DNA of 61,972 nucleotides, counting the filler, from Circinaria calcarea (taxonomy: Eukaryota), in assembly GCA_051942165.1 (NCBI GenBank). It is 5 parts of 5 records of this genome, joined end to end, with 100 filler letters (N's around TTAATTAATTAA, not from the genome) between each part and the next. Parts side by side here need not be neighbours in the genome. Positions count along the whole stretch, not along the records: positions 1 to 12,332 come from JAVECS010000581.1; 4 more parts are not named here. One strand, 5' to 3'. A program made the position numbers and the translations under genes. This document shows, in pieces, positions 1 through 12,432 of the stretch (positions are counted from its first letter, which is position 1; the number at the start of each line of letters is the position of its first letter). Below the pieces are notes generated by a model, which was given only the letters and a program-made list of their open reading frames with translations, had not been told where the DNA came from and ran no database searches.

Positions 1-1448
1 GGGGGGCAGCACGGGATGAAGGATGAGGGTGAGGGATCTCTCTTCCCTTCTCTTCCTTTCTCTCTCACCCCCCTTTTCGGTCGTTTCTCTCTTTCTTTCT
101 CGGACCTCACCCCCCCAACCCAATCGATCCCAAGAAACTGAAAAAGAAGTTCACCAGGTAGGGTTTCCCCGAGCTTGTTTACCTCGGGGAAAAGAAAAGA
201 TAAAAAATAAAAGGGGAAGGCAAAGTAGGTCTAATGACTCTTTTTTTTGTGGAGTTGAGGGGGCGGGGGCAGGGGAGTTCCCCCCCCCCCCGCTTTTTTC
301 TTTTTTTTTATAAAAACATTTCTTCCTCCCTTCTCCCCTTCTGAAACTGAGGGGAGGCCGGCCTTGGAGTGCTTAAGTACCAAGGGCAGGAGAAAGGAGA
401 AAGGCAAAAGAGAACGTAAAAAAGAGAAAGAAAAAAAGAAAAAGCCGGTGGTTCTGTCTGGGTTCCTGGTTTGGGGGGTTTTCATTCTCGTAGTAACGGC
501 AACGGGTGACAGCAACGGGGCGACAGCAACGCGAGCATACGAGGCACGACTGGGTAGGTACAAACACTATCCTTACTCATCCTTACTTATCTTATCCCCA
601 TCCCCCCCATCATCATGATGGGACATGGGATACGGTAATTTAGCTAGGCCGGTCGGTTAGGGCAAGAGTTAAAGTAGCAATTGCGAGAATTATGTGTATA
701 TGGTAGGAAGTTAAAAGCTAGTATGGTAACGCAGAAACGAGAAATTTAAAATTCCTCAAAAACCCGGCTACCTTTACTTTAAAATCTTACTTACGCTTAA
801 CCCCTATCCTAACCTTAACCTTGACCCCCCTAAGTTAGGGAAAGAATGCAAATTAGCTTCAAAAGGAGAAAATATTATCCATTTCTTTCATCCCCTATCC
901 CCTATCCCCTATCCCTTACCCTGCCCTGCCTTGCTCTAAAACCAGCGATCCGAGGGTAAAAGGCCAAAAAGACAAAAAAGGAGATAGATATGTTTGGAAC
1001 TTGGTGTGGGAGATAGTGTTGATACCTAGTATTGATACCTAGTGCTAATGAATACGGTCTACGGTCTACGTTCTACGGGGATGGGCGAATGGGCGGTCTG
1101 ACGTGGTCGGGAGAGGAGAGAAAGTAAATGGGTTCAGTCTCCGGAAGGTGGGAGATTTTATTGGAGGGAAGGATGTGATTGCGGAGATGGGAAGAAGGGG
1201 GGAGTTGAAGATTAAGTGGGGTGTGAATTTGGAGCTGGACGATGGTGAAGTGGAGGAGTTGGGAAGATCAGGGGTGCCATTTAAAGTAGAGGATCTTCCT
1301 AAAGAGAGGGCCTGGTATTTGGCTGGGGTGTATTACATGTCTATTTGCAGGCGTAAGGTCGAAAGGTTTTCATTGGATCTGGTCACTTTCTCTGATCATG
1401 TACGGCCGAGTGCAATCATGAAAGCATGATAACTCAAAAATATTTTAA

Positions 1449-3029
1449 TTAAGTATTTGTACTCAATCGATGGACGACCGGAACAGAACTCGGAGGTAAA
1501 GAGCCATACTCTGTAATAACCATACTGATGTACTCGGCCGGTGTAACATCGTACATGAGATTGAGCAGCTGCAGATTCGGCGACTCTCGCCAAGCCGCCA
1601 ATGGAGTAGCCGATTCGCCTTGAAAAAGTAGTTCATCAGGCGGAGCGACTTCATTTGTGACAATCGAATCTAGAGCCACCCGATCGGTGAATTTGATACT
1701 CTCGCAGCATACAATGACAGGAACATCTGATTCTTTAGCCATCATGGCAACAATCGCAGTACCCACTCGAGAGTAGAGGCGACCGTTGCTCATCATGGCG
1801 TGAGCTCCGAGGAGAACTTTGGTTGCATCCTTGATCGCGTGACCAATGGCGTGGGTGAGAGAATATTGTACTTCGAGATCAAGATCTGCAAGGGCGCGTG
1901 CGAGACGCTTTCCCTCAAAGAGAGGTCTTGAATCGACAATAATCACCCTGAATTTCTTTCCTCGTCGATGAGCCTCCACGAGGGTTTGCTGGATAACATT
2001 GCTTTTGGCAAATGTCAGTATGATATCCCCGTCTTGGATCTTTTCAGCTGCGCTAGTTGCAATCACTTGATCTGCAACTGTAATCCTCTCCGTGATGAAA
2101 TTATCAATGGCATTGCATAAATCTGCCTTTGCTTTGGACTCAGGGGTATCTGGATCAACGTCGCTGATTTGAAGTTTCAACCATCTAATTGCGTTGCCCA
2201 TTGATACCGATAAGGGTCGACATGAAACTAAATATTCGATTTGAGGTGATAAATGCGAGGTCAAGTGACGAGTCAAGGAGTTTTGGGGAGGTGTGACATA
2301 TGATTCAATAACCTAGAAATGAGGTCAATTATGGTCACAACGGGTGAATAAGAATAATAGTACCCTTTTAAAAACCAGGAGCATGGCCACACATCGAGCA
2401 CTGCTCCCACAAATGACATAGTTGCTTGTTTGCAACCCCAAAGCCAACACCGCCGGATGTACATCTCTACCTGCTGCTGCAATTGTAGTCCTCCGAGGTT
2501 GCCCGTATAAATGCCCAAATAGTGCGACCTTTTTGCTGTCTTTCTTTGGTTGTATGGCAGGCGTTGGGGCTTGACTAGATATTTGACGTAAGGGTAACGG
2601 TTTCTGAATAGGACCTGTTGGTTTGTGATGACTTGGTGGTGGGCCCTTTGCTATAGGAGTCGCAGGCACCGAGGCTACTGAACCTCTCCTTGCAGAATCA
2701 GGGCCCACCTCTGAATTCTTTGATCCCTTTGCTTCTGTTGGAGCTGGTTGCTGTTTCCCTTGTTTTTCTTGTACCCGTCTAGCAGCCTTCTCCGCCTTAG
2801 CCCTCTTCTTCAACTCCGCATTTGAAATTTTCTCTACTTTTTCTGCCCCTTGAACCTGTGCATTGTCTGTTGCCCCATTTTGCTGTTTTGGTTTCGGGCC
2901 TTTCTTTCCACCACCCTTGCCTTCGTTTGGCTCAAGAAGTGGTTTCTCATTCAATATCCGTTTCCCACCTTCCGAAGGTACTGACTTAATAGCGATTTCC
3001 TGATGATCCATGGTACTTGAGGGTGGCAT
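1449..3029 (-). CDS. GCD2: Translation initiation factor eIF2B delta subunit (2 exons: 3029-2364, 2312-1449)
   Basis: IF-2B family motifs CRPLSVSMGNAIR, VDSRPLFEG, LYSRVGTA, YDVTPAEY, GSLPPSSVP; K/E-rich N-terminus (ELKKRAKAEKAARR) and VHPAVLALG; GT-AG intron 2363-2313 joins the two ORFs in frame. Start ATG choice (3029) is approximate. Confidence 0.93.
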
Positions 3030-3421
3030 TGCTTCGTAACAAGGCTCTCTGTCATTAGAGGGCAGATTGAGTCCCTCCACCGCTTCTGTGTTTGTCGATT
3101 CGGAAATATTGCAGAATCGGAGTAAATGCTCCCGAACTTGCCGGAGCTAGCATCCGCTAAAATACGGGCCGTGCCGATCTTTAGGGCTACCTCGGACTTA
3201 AGCTGACTAACGTGATGTACACATATGGATATCTGATATAGTAAGCTACAGAGGTATATCTATCCTACATAAATGAAAGAGCTCAATGCATGTAAGAACA
3301 TTGACCAGACTATCTAAAGGAAGGACTATCTCTGCGTTAACAACCAGCGTAAGTTTCGAGACCTAGAGTGTCTGTGCAGTGCTAACCTCTTCCCCCACCC
3401 CAGCTTGTTCTTACACGTGCA

Positions 3422-4608
3422 ATGCATATCGAATCAATTCCTATGTGTAAGCTTTGTCTCCTCCTGCCCGAAGCATACGAGTTCATTTTAATTGTACTCC
3501 TTATAGGGACGGGCTCTAGCAACAACTATGCATATCTAGTTGTAGATGAGAAATCAAAGGACGCTGTGATCATTGATCCAGCGAACCCTCCTGAGTATGA
3601 ATCAAGACAGTCTAAGTTTTATCACGTTCACTGAAGTTTGGCGTAGAGTAGCTCCTATTTTGAAGGATCAGATTGATTCTGGCAAAATCAACCTTACAGC
3701 CATTATCAATACACACCAGTGAGTGTTTCCGTGGAACAGTTGATCTATAGATCATGAATTAAACCGTCAGTCACTGGGACCATGCAGGGGGGAATTCGAA
3801 AATCGTAAGGCTACAATTTCATGATGAAGTCTTCGTGCTGATGGTGAACAGCTCTCGCAATTCAAAGGACTATCTGTCATTGGCGGAAAAGACTGTGAAG
3901 CCGTTACTCGAACGCCAAAGCACGAGGAGACCTTCAAGATCGGCCAAGACATTTCAGTGAAAGCATTGCATACGCCATGTCATACGCAAGATAGCATTTG
4001 CTGGCTGATGGAAGATGGGGATGACCGAGTAGTTTTTACCGGGGATACGCTGTTCATTGGAGGTAAGTCCGAAGGAAACCCTCGGTCTTGAGACAACATC
4101 TAAGTGTGCATAGGATGCGGGAGGTTCTTCGAGGGTACGGCTGCGGAGATGCATACCGCCCTGAACAAAACACTGGCTGCTCTGCCGGATGACACCAAGG
4201 TTTATGTAAGGAAAATACCGCAATATGAGTGCCAACCAAAGGTACTAATCAAAAGTAGCCTGGACACGAGTACACAAAGCAAAATGTCAAGTTTCTTACC
4301 ACAGTCCTCCAGACAGAACCTGTCAAGAAACTCGAATCTTTTGCCGAGAATAACAAACAGACTCAGGGGAAGTTTACTATTGGAGACGAAAAGGTATGCC
4401 GTCCTCCATGTCAAGAAGACAATCACGGAGTACTTATGGTCATATAGCAATATAATGTGTTCATGCGAGTAAATGTTGGTGCATGGAGTTTCTTAACGGG
4501 GAACAGTGAAGCTAACCCTCGTAGGATCCTGCTGTACAAGAAGCTACCGGGAAGACAGACGCAGTGGATGTCATGGGAAAGCTACGGGAGATGAAGAACA
4601 ACATGTGA
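3422..4608 (+). CDS. GLO2: Hydroxyacylglutathione hydrolase (glyoxalase II), many short introns
   Basis: Spliced product shows NNYAYLV, IIDPANP, metallo-beta-lactamase THHHWDHAGGN, HTPCHT, FTGDTLF-GCGRFFEG, GHEYT and C-terminal LREMKNNM; canonical GT-AG introns. Confidence 0.93.
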
Positions 4609-4948
4609 ATTTAGTAATATTCGACTACAGGTCCTAGCTCTTTCTGTCGCCAGGAACTTGTCAACTGACTGTTTGTTCATTTGCTTCAGGCCAGCATCGA
4701 GCGCATCGAAACTCTAACCCGGGGTGTTAGCGGCAAGGCTCAAGAGTGTGACAATCTCGATATCGGCATTTCTACATGTATATTAGGTCCCTACCCTTAC
4801 CTGCAATGAGAAGCGGGGCATCATGATGACGTCGGGCATACTTTCGTTTACTTCATTCGAGTTGTGAATTGATATAGTATTCCTTCGTGTCCTGTCTACA
4901 AAGTTATCGTAGCTTGACTTCTGCCTTTTATCCACGACATTGACCAAC

Positions 4949-5835
4949 ATGACCAACCCCGAAGAAATCACCAACGGAGCTGCCGGTGAGCCGCGGACCT
5001 TGAAGAGCACGATACTCGAAACGGGCGCTGCAGCTTCTCAGGTAGAGTCCACTCCAAAACCCTGTGGTGTCGGGCTTTGCATCGAGCAACTGTCGCTAAA
5101 TAGTTGGTTTAACCCCTAGAATTTCGGCCCTATCAATTCAATATGCGCCCATCTCAATGCCTTCCACGTGTACGCTACGGATCCATCTCGATGTGTAGAA
5201 TCTAATCACTACTGTACTCACTTGAACGAAGGTTGCCCTTACCTTGCTATTTTTTCCTGCTGCCATCTTGCTAAGTCACCCCTTAGACGTCCGTCAGTGC
5301 CTGATTTACGACACGCCGGAGCCAGCGTCTCGTCTGATTGGTATTGAGTACATGATCTCTCCCAAGCTCTATGAAACGCTCCCTTCCTCTGAACAACGTC
5401 TCTGGCACTCTCACGTGTACGAGGTGAAGTCCGGTATGCTGATTATGCCCACACCATCTCTGGTCCCCACAAGTATCTGGGAGCAGGCGGAAATGAAAGA
5501 AATGGAGCAAGTAGTGGCCCTATATGGGAAGACGTATCATTTCTGGCAGGTGGACAGGGGCGACACTGTGCCGATGGGAGAGCCCCAGTTGATGATGAGT
5601 TTTACGGAGCCCGAACAGATAAAACAGTTTGAAGGCGCATTAAAGGATAGAGACGAAAGGTACGGGGTCAGTAGTAAGGAGAAGAGTGAGAAGAGACAGT
5701 ACATTGAGGAGCCTCAGATACATGCCGGTAAGTTGAAGGGTAAGGCCTCGTTGGAAATATGCTGAAGCCAGTGAAGGTGCGGATAGTATGTGGAAGAAAG
5801 GTTCTACTGCAGGAGAAAAGGGGCAGAAAACCTAG
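4949..5835 (+). CDS. DUF1264 / oil-body-associated-protein-like protein (4 exons)
   Basis: [61 protein letters not shown] motifs; GT-AG introns at ~5042-5120, ~5232-5286, ~5728-5777. Confidence 0.85.
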
Positions 5836-6671
5836 AGCAGGAATAGGAATACGGAGGGAGCACAAGTACTGATAGTCATGCGAGTAAGTCTGTGTGTAAA
5901 GCTTGGGAGGACTTCGTCCAAGACATCTAGCTAGACTCGACTATGAAATTCGAACTTGTCTCCTCTGATTCCATTGTTTCGGGAAGTCGTTGGACCCAAA
6001 CCGATGTAGAAGGTCAGCGGATATCAGAGGAATCTCTTCATTGACTGAGAATGCGAGACGGGTTTTCAATCTGGCTTCCCTGTCCACACTAGCTCATCCT
6101 AGGGGTGGAGATGGCCAGCTCTAGCTAGTAGAAGCATTTAAACAAGTCACCAAAGGACAAAAAGATGTGCACAGTTTGCGCATCGTGTGGGAAAGTATTC
6201 AGTCAATCAAGCACTCCCAGTTGTGACTCCCAAGGAGTAATCGTTCAAATGGGAAAAGTTTGAACGATAATCCTGACCAAACCTACAAGAGCTTCAGCAG
6301 TAAGCGTAGACTGTTGGAATTCTTTGCAGTACGCAGACAGCAACATTGATGAGTTTGAGTTCGCCCAGGCATTCAAGTAGAAGAGATCGCGTAGTCTCTG
6401 GGTTTTCTCTCAGTCCCACGCTACCATAGCGGCTCAACTTCCCGACAAGGGTTTGCCGAGCCTTGGCGCCCACACTTATTTTCAATCTTCCAAATCCACA
6501 AGCGCCAAGTCTCGACATTGAATAACGATAACCTCCACGAGCATTACTTGACTGCGCTGCGTTATCCGCCGACGCTTACCCCTACTGTGAGTTACTACTC
6601 TATATCAACCGTAATTCTACAAAACTAAGTTGCAACTCTAGCCAGTACTCCATTCCAACCCACCGCCAATC

Positions 6672-7063
6672 ATGTCTCACGAATCCGTCTGGTACTCGCG
6701 CCCACGGACATATGGCAAAGGCGCTCGCTCCTGGTATGTTTACGGGCCACCTCCAGCCAAAGCTTGGGTCACCTTGGCTCTCCTTCTGTTTACCTTGGAA
6801 GACATTTCTTTCTTTGGGGGGTAATCTATGGGGCAAATGGCTGATCCGTTTCTGTCTGTTGCGTTTGTAGCCGTGTCTGCACCCACAACGCCGGTCTCAT
6901 TCGAAAGTATGGCCTCAATATCTGCCGTCAATGCTTCAGGGAGAAGTCGCAAGATATCGGGTTCATCAAGGTACGTGTCGAAGGGGGTTTTTTGGGAAAA
7001 TACAAGAGGTAATGGGTTGGAATATCTCGAGTTGATGGCTGATTGTTCATGTAGCACCGATAG
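6672..7063 (+). CDS. RPS29: 40S ribosomal protein S29 (uS14); exons 6672-6733, 6871-6970, 7055-7063; 56 aa
   Basis: Spliced translation [56 protein letters not shown] with C-x2-C...C-x2-C zinc site; missed by ORF track. Confidence 0.97.
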
Positions 7064-7458
7064 GTGTGTGCTGATAGAGATTGGGGAACCGGGGTTTGCT
7101 TTCGATGCGGATAGATTCTAGGCACTATGAAGCTTAGGGGAACTGCTATGGTAGGCTACGGCTTGTTCTGTGCTTGAGAGATAGGAATCACACATCAAAT
7201 CTCCCACTTGTTACACATAATCTCGTGGTTTCCAATAAGTACTTTACGTAGGGAAATAATTACTTCAGTCGTATTTTATTATTGGGGCTCTCCTAACGCA
7301 ATACATGTGGCAATATCACAATGGTAATTATATCGGCAAACATCTTAAATAACATATAGTTTTGGCCATTCTATCTAAAATAGCACACGATATCTAAAAT
7401 AGCACATTTTTAGAAATTATATTACATCACGCTTCTTTCTAAAATGGCATGGTTTAAT

Positions 7459-7678
7459 TGTAAGGGCTCTACCCGAGAACCCCTACGAACCCTACGGGTG
7501 AACTATATACCGAGGTCACGAGGTATTAGCTTAGCGAGGAAAGTTTTCTCGCGAAGCGTTACACCAGAATTCTTTAGCAATAATTCATACGCTATGCGAA
7601 CCAATTGAGCACATTATCACACAGTTTACCCGATCCCTATTCGTAAGATCATTATACTATTCGTAGAGGATCCTTACA
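7459..7678 (+). mobile_element. 220-bp dispersed repeat, copy 1 (solo-LTR-like or MITE; TGTAAGG...CCTTACA termini)
   Basis: Roughly 90% identical by eye to the reverse complement of 26044-26263 and related to 34797-34995; TG..CA ends with 7-bp terminal inverted repeat. Confidence 0.8.
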
Positions 7679-7900
7679 GGTTTATAAAAAAGTCTTAAAA
7701 GCGTCCTGGGGTTGAGGTCCTTCCTTTCTTTTTCTTCCAGAAAAAGAAAAAAAGGATTCGATGGATTGAATTGGGGAATACAACCAAGGTAGTTCTAGCT
7801 CCTGCCGAGTACCTTATGGAAAGGAGTACATGCATGACGTTCCTTTATACATTGGTATGGGAAATATCGACCGGCAACCCTAAATCCAGAATTTCTTTCG

Positions 7901-7949
7901 AAACCCGACAAACCCGAAAACCCGAAAACCCGAAAAACCGACACCCGAG
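7901..7949 (+). repeat. Short tandem repeat (AAACCCGA-like, ~5 units) in 3' flank of the SHG1-like gene
   Basis: aaacccgac aaacccgaa aacccgaa aacccgaa aaaccgac acccgag. Confidence 0.6.
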
Positions 7950-7990
7950 TAGTTGATTCTTCCCTTCCGTCACCCGTCACCCGTCGAGCG

Positions 7991-10280
7991 TCACGCCTTA
8001 TCCATCTTCCGCTTTTTGCTCTCATCCTCACCTGGTCCGCCTCCTCCTTCCCCTCCTCCCCCTCCGGGGACATAGCGATCGATTTCGACGAAGCGATGGC
8101 TCGCCTCCGGATCCCGTTCTCTTTCTCGGTCTCGGTCTCTTTCGCGTTCGCGGTCTCGATGCCTTTCTCGATCTCGGTGCCCATCAGGATCTCGATGTCT
8201 TTCCCGTTCTCTGGGTCCGTCTCGTTCCCGTTCCCTCTCCCGTTCTCTCTCCCGTTCCCGGTGTCTATCCCTCTCTCGATCCCTCTCTCGATCCCTATTC
8301 CTGACTTCCCTCTCAGCGTACCTATCCCTATCCCTATCTTCCCTCTCAGCGTACCTATCCCTATCCCTATCCCTCTCCCTCTCCCTCTCCCTCTCGTCCC
8401 TATGATGTCGCCTAGAGCCCGTACCATCACGGCTTCGTGCCCTGCTACTGCCTTCAGGCACATATCTGTCGATATCGACCGGAGACTTCGGCCGCGTAGA
8501 TCGCCCCTCAGGGTAGGATTTCCTTGGCCTTGGCGACCTAGAACGAGCGTATTTACTCCTCGGCGCAGGACTTCTCGAGCGGCTGTGATGCCGGCGATGC
8601 GAAGATGTGTAATCGCGACCGGTCTCGTGGCGGGAGTGGTAGGTGCGGTCGCGTCCGGCCTCGCCGCCTCGATGTCTGGTGGTGCTGGGGCTACGGCTTT
8701 GGCTCCTGGGGCGCTGCTCTTTACCTTCTTTAGCTGCTCGTTTCCAGGCTTCCGCTTCGGCTTCGCGTTTTCGGACGGCTTGCCGCTTCCATGCTTCTTT
8801 GGCTTCGGCTTCGGCCTTGCGCTTTTCTTCGTCCCAGCGGGAGGAGTAGCGGGTACGAGAACGTGAGCGGGAATGGCTTCTGTGGCGACTGGAGGGTGGG
8901 TGATATTTTGTGTTGTGTTCATGACTCAGGCTACGATCTCGGTATTCTGCCTTGACCGAAACTTTGGAAGACTCGTGATTTTGAACTATAGATGATCCAG
9001 TTGTCAGACTGCTCTTTCTCATACTTTTCATGTCGACTTTGGACGGAGATCTTGATTCTTCCTTGCTTCTGAACACCGAGGATTCTGAGACCTTGGATTT
9101 AATCGCTTGACCCCTACGGGGCGGTGGTTCAAGGGACTCGGAGCGCTCGATCTCGATCTTGGTTCCGGACTTTGCAGCCAACTCTCTCCCTTCCTTGAGT
9201 AGCGATTCGAGGGCAGCCTCCTCAAGCGCCTTTTCATCAACTACCTGCACAGGTTCCGGCGGCGGCGGCGTGCTATTTCTCCAGGATCTGCTTTGAGATT
9301 GCGGTCCAGGAATTTCATCCCCTCCCCAAGGTGTATCGTCGTCGTTGCGTCGCCTAGACGTATTGTAATCGCGACTTCGGCTTCTTTCCCGAACTCGCTC
9401 CCTCGGTCTCTCCTTTTCCTTCTCCTTCTCCTTCTCGTTTTCCTCTCTCTTTCGCTTTTCGTACCGTTCGTTCCTCTCCGCTTCTCGCTCGTTTTCCAAT
9501 TGCTTTTCGAGTGCCCTCCTAGCCTCTCGATCAGCTTTTCTCTTCATCTCCTTGGCTTCTTCTTCCTTCCTCCTTTCCTCGGCGCCACGAAGTTGTTCCA
9601 GTTCCTTCATCTTCTGTTTCTCTTCGATGCGCAGTCTATTCTTCACCTCTTCCCTCTGTCTTTTGACTTCTTCCTGCATTCTAATCTTTTTACGAATCTC
9701 CCTTCGGGTTGCAGTTTCTTGCGCATACTCTTCATCAGTCTTACTCCCCAATCGTTCTTCCTCAGCTGCAACATCTTCTCCAACTTCCTGTCTCCTGATT
9801 TCCCGGGCCGCAAGTTCAACACTGCTGATATGCTCAGTAAGAAGGGCGTCTATGCTTGCCTCGACACTTTTGTAGATATCGCTCCGGTCGACAGCCCCTT
9901 CAACCAGGGTAGCAGCTTTACCACGATCTCGAGATAGGAGGGAAGGTTCGCGATCAATCTCTGACTCAGCAAGATCTGTTAGTGAAGTGGTGAAAGCAAC
10001 TTTTGCATCCTAAAAAACGTCAAGGTTAAGCAAAGCACAGATCAATAGTAGATATAGATTGTCTTTAGATAGGGAAACTCACGCTTTCGTCAAACTGTGA
10101 CCATACTTTCTTCCTCAACGCATCGAATGCCCCCTTCTTCTTGATTGTGTGTAACAGATTGTCAATCGAAGATCGTTGAGCAGATGTTAGAGGTAAGTCG
10201 GAGGTCTTCAATCGCTTCCGTTGGGGTAAGGTCACATCATCCAAAGGATGCTTAATTAGGATCGAGTCAGTAGAGGACAT
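7991..10280 (-). CDS. BOD1/SHG1-domain (COMPASS Shg1-like) nuclear protein with coiled coil and RS/RE/RD-rich tail, ~738 aa (exons 10280-10083, 10009-7991)
   Basis: N-terminal LLHTIKKKGAFDALRKKVWSQF then EIDREPSLLSRDRGKAATLVEGAVDRSDIYK; phase-0 intron joins to the long ORF; twice-repeated IDRYVP motif. Confidence 0.8.
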
Positions 10281-10572
10281 GGTTTCTAACAGTTGCCCAT
10301 AGCCTAATGTCTATGTGTAGAATCGTATCTTGCTGGCTTAAAGTCATTTTGTCAAGTGCTGAAGGGCAGACCCGCCTGGTCGTAGGCACATGGTCAAAGC
10401 GTCAGTCACCTGGGGAAAAGTAGCGCGTGTGCTTCCCCGATAGCAGCATTCACAATACACAACCGGAGAAGAGTCGCCATTCTCCATGAACAAAGCTCGC
10501 ATCTTGAGCGAACTGCGATAAGTATCGTGGGCATCACCATCACTCTCAAATTTCTCCGATTGCTTTTTCGCA

Positions 10573-10915
10573 ATGGTCCACAAAATCCTCTTCTGGAGCG
10601 GGTTCGGTAAACCCCCATTACAGAAAATCTACATGCTATATACGTGACTAATAATCTGCAGGCCTTGCTGTACGATTCTGGCAACTGGGAATTGAAATGC
10701 GTCCGTTCTTCAACAAGGAATCGCTCTGGGCATATCCGGTCTTTGCGGCTGCGGGAGGAAGCTTTGGTTATTGGTTGACAGGGGTGGAGAGTAGGCAAAT
10801 GAAGATTTTGACGGACAGGAGGAATAGTCTATTGGAGAAGAGAAGACGGAGGGCAGAGAGGGAAGCGGCGTCGGAAAAGGCCGAGGAGGCCGGGATTCTG
10901 GCAAGCACGTCGTGA
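10573..10915 (+). CDS. NADH:ubiquinone oxidoreductase 14 kDa accessory subunit (NDUFC2/B14.5b-like), 95 aa; exons 10573-10606, 10662-10915
   Basis: MVHKILFWSGFG|LAVRFWQLGIEMRPFF...YPVFAAAGGSFGYWL...LLEKRRRR, typical of the fungal subunit. Confidence 0.88.
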
Positions 10916-11605
10916 GGGAATCAGATTCGAAGAGAGCAGTCAGGTCCATCATAACGTCCGTTTGGAATGGGAAAGTTCTAAATCAGCTAGAATCTCTCAG
11001 CGGCTTTGGTGCTTGCACAATTATAAGCTTGGACTTCGTGGAGGTACAACTTAACGGCCATTGGCGTTATCTGAGCTTCTGGGATTGCTCATTCGAGCTA
11101 TTAGGAGCTGTCCACTGTATTACCTTGTCAAGGAAGACGAAAGACAGCAAAGCCTTGAATATAGCTTGGATTCATCCAGAGACACAATACATGAGCTATC
11201 ACCCGTTATTGTCTATATACTTGAAGTGTATATTCCGTCAATTAGGTAGTCTTTGTGCAAGCCGAAGAACTTTACCAAACGCTGACGGAGTATCAATACT
11301 ATGACGGCCAAGACGTGTCCACGGTAGCTTTGGGTATCCTAAGTAAAGCCTAGGGCAGGGGTGGTCTTCATATGGCGGTTTTCCGACAACTCGAGTGATG
11401 ATTTGGAAATATGGAGTAGTGAGACTGCAAAGGGCCTAAATCGCTGCAGGCAGCGCTCCAAGGGACGTATGATTTGGCACGGAAAATTGAGCTCAATTGT
11501 CTATGTAGCAAAGTCTATAACCCAGCGAGATCTATGGACTTCTATCTCAGTCCTTTTCTCAGGAACTCTAAAACATGCTAAACCAAAGCAGGAAGAAAGA
11601 AACCT

Positions 11606-12332
11606 TCACACGTGCCCACTCGGCCGCGCCTCTAATTTCTCCCCGGTGGACGGTCTAGTTGTAGCATCCGTCACGCTCTTCTTTTTCTTCTCCTCAGCTT
11701 CCGTCTCGGCCTTCTTCTTCTCCTCAGCCTCCAGGTCCGCCAAACACTTGGAGTCACCCCCTCTCAGATACATTTCCAGTTCTCCGATCCTCTTCCCTCC
11801 CTTCACCCACCTCTCCTCCTGCTCTTTCCGTCTCTCATCTGCGAGTTGGTTGAGGGCGGGCCAGTAAACGCTATGGTCGTACTTGAATTCCACGTCCCCG
11901 CCAAAGGTATTTAGGAGTTGTTCTCGAGGGACATGTTGGCGGAGGTCTTCGTTGAATTTGAGTTTCTCGCGGGTTAGAGGGTCGATGAAGGGAGAGATGA
12001 GCTTGAAGAAGCCCCAGAAGAACCACGGCACTGCAACGGACGGGTCTGGTAAGCCAATTTTGCTTTTGGCAAACGTGTTTGCAGATAGTGACAACTCACC
12101 ATTTTGTACTAAAGCCCTCCCCAATCTTTCCGGGTAGTGGTTCTGTAGGATATACATTGTCTGCTTTCCCTGGCCGAGTTTCGGCCCATCCCCACTCCTC
12201 GTTTCCCCGAAGTTGATCAGCAGAGTCAACGATTCCTGGCCCGGACCCATCAAGTCAATCGTACGCTCCAGCATGAATACCAAATGCTGAATTTGCCTTT
12301 CCCCGCTCTTTGTATTTTGCCTCCCAGGACTC
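11606..12332 (-). CDS. CRAL-TRIO/Sec14-family phosphatidylinositol transfer protein (PDR16/PDR17-like), 5' part cut by contig end
   Basis: QIQHLVFMLER, LQNHYPERLGRA, FFKLISPFIDPLTREKLKF, FGGDVEFKYDHSVYWP, IGELEMYLRG; in-frame intron near 12033-12100. Confidence 0.9.
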
Positions 12333-12432
12333 NNNNNNNNNNNNNNNNNNNNNNNNNNNNNNNNNNNNNNNNNNNNTTAATTAATTAANNNNNNNNNNNN
12401 NNNNNNNNNNNNNNNNNNNNNNNNNNNNNNNN
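12333..12432. other. Artificial contig spacer
   Basis: N44-TTAATTAATTAA-N44 (stops in all frames). Confidence 0.99.

Noticed and set aside
797..840. True telomere
   Set aside because: Only a few imperfect TAACCC-like units, internal to the contig.
6740..7125. 105-aa minus-strand ORF and neighbours
   Set aside because: Antisense shadow of spliced RPS29.
7795..9937. Long overlapping and antisense ORFs (375, 256, 214 aa)
   Set aside because: Shadows of the RE/RD/RS low-complexity coding sequence.
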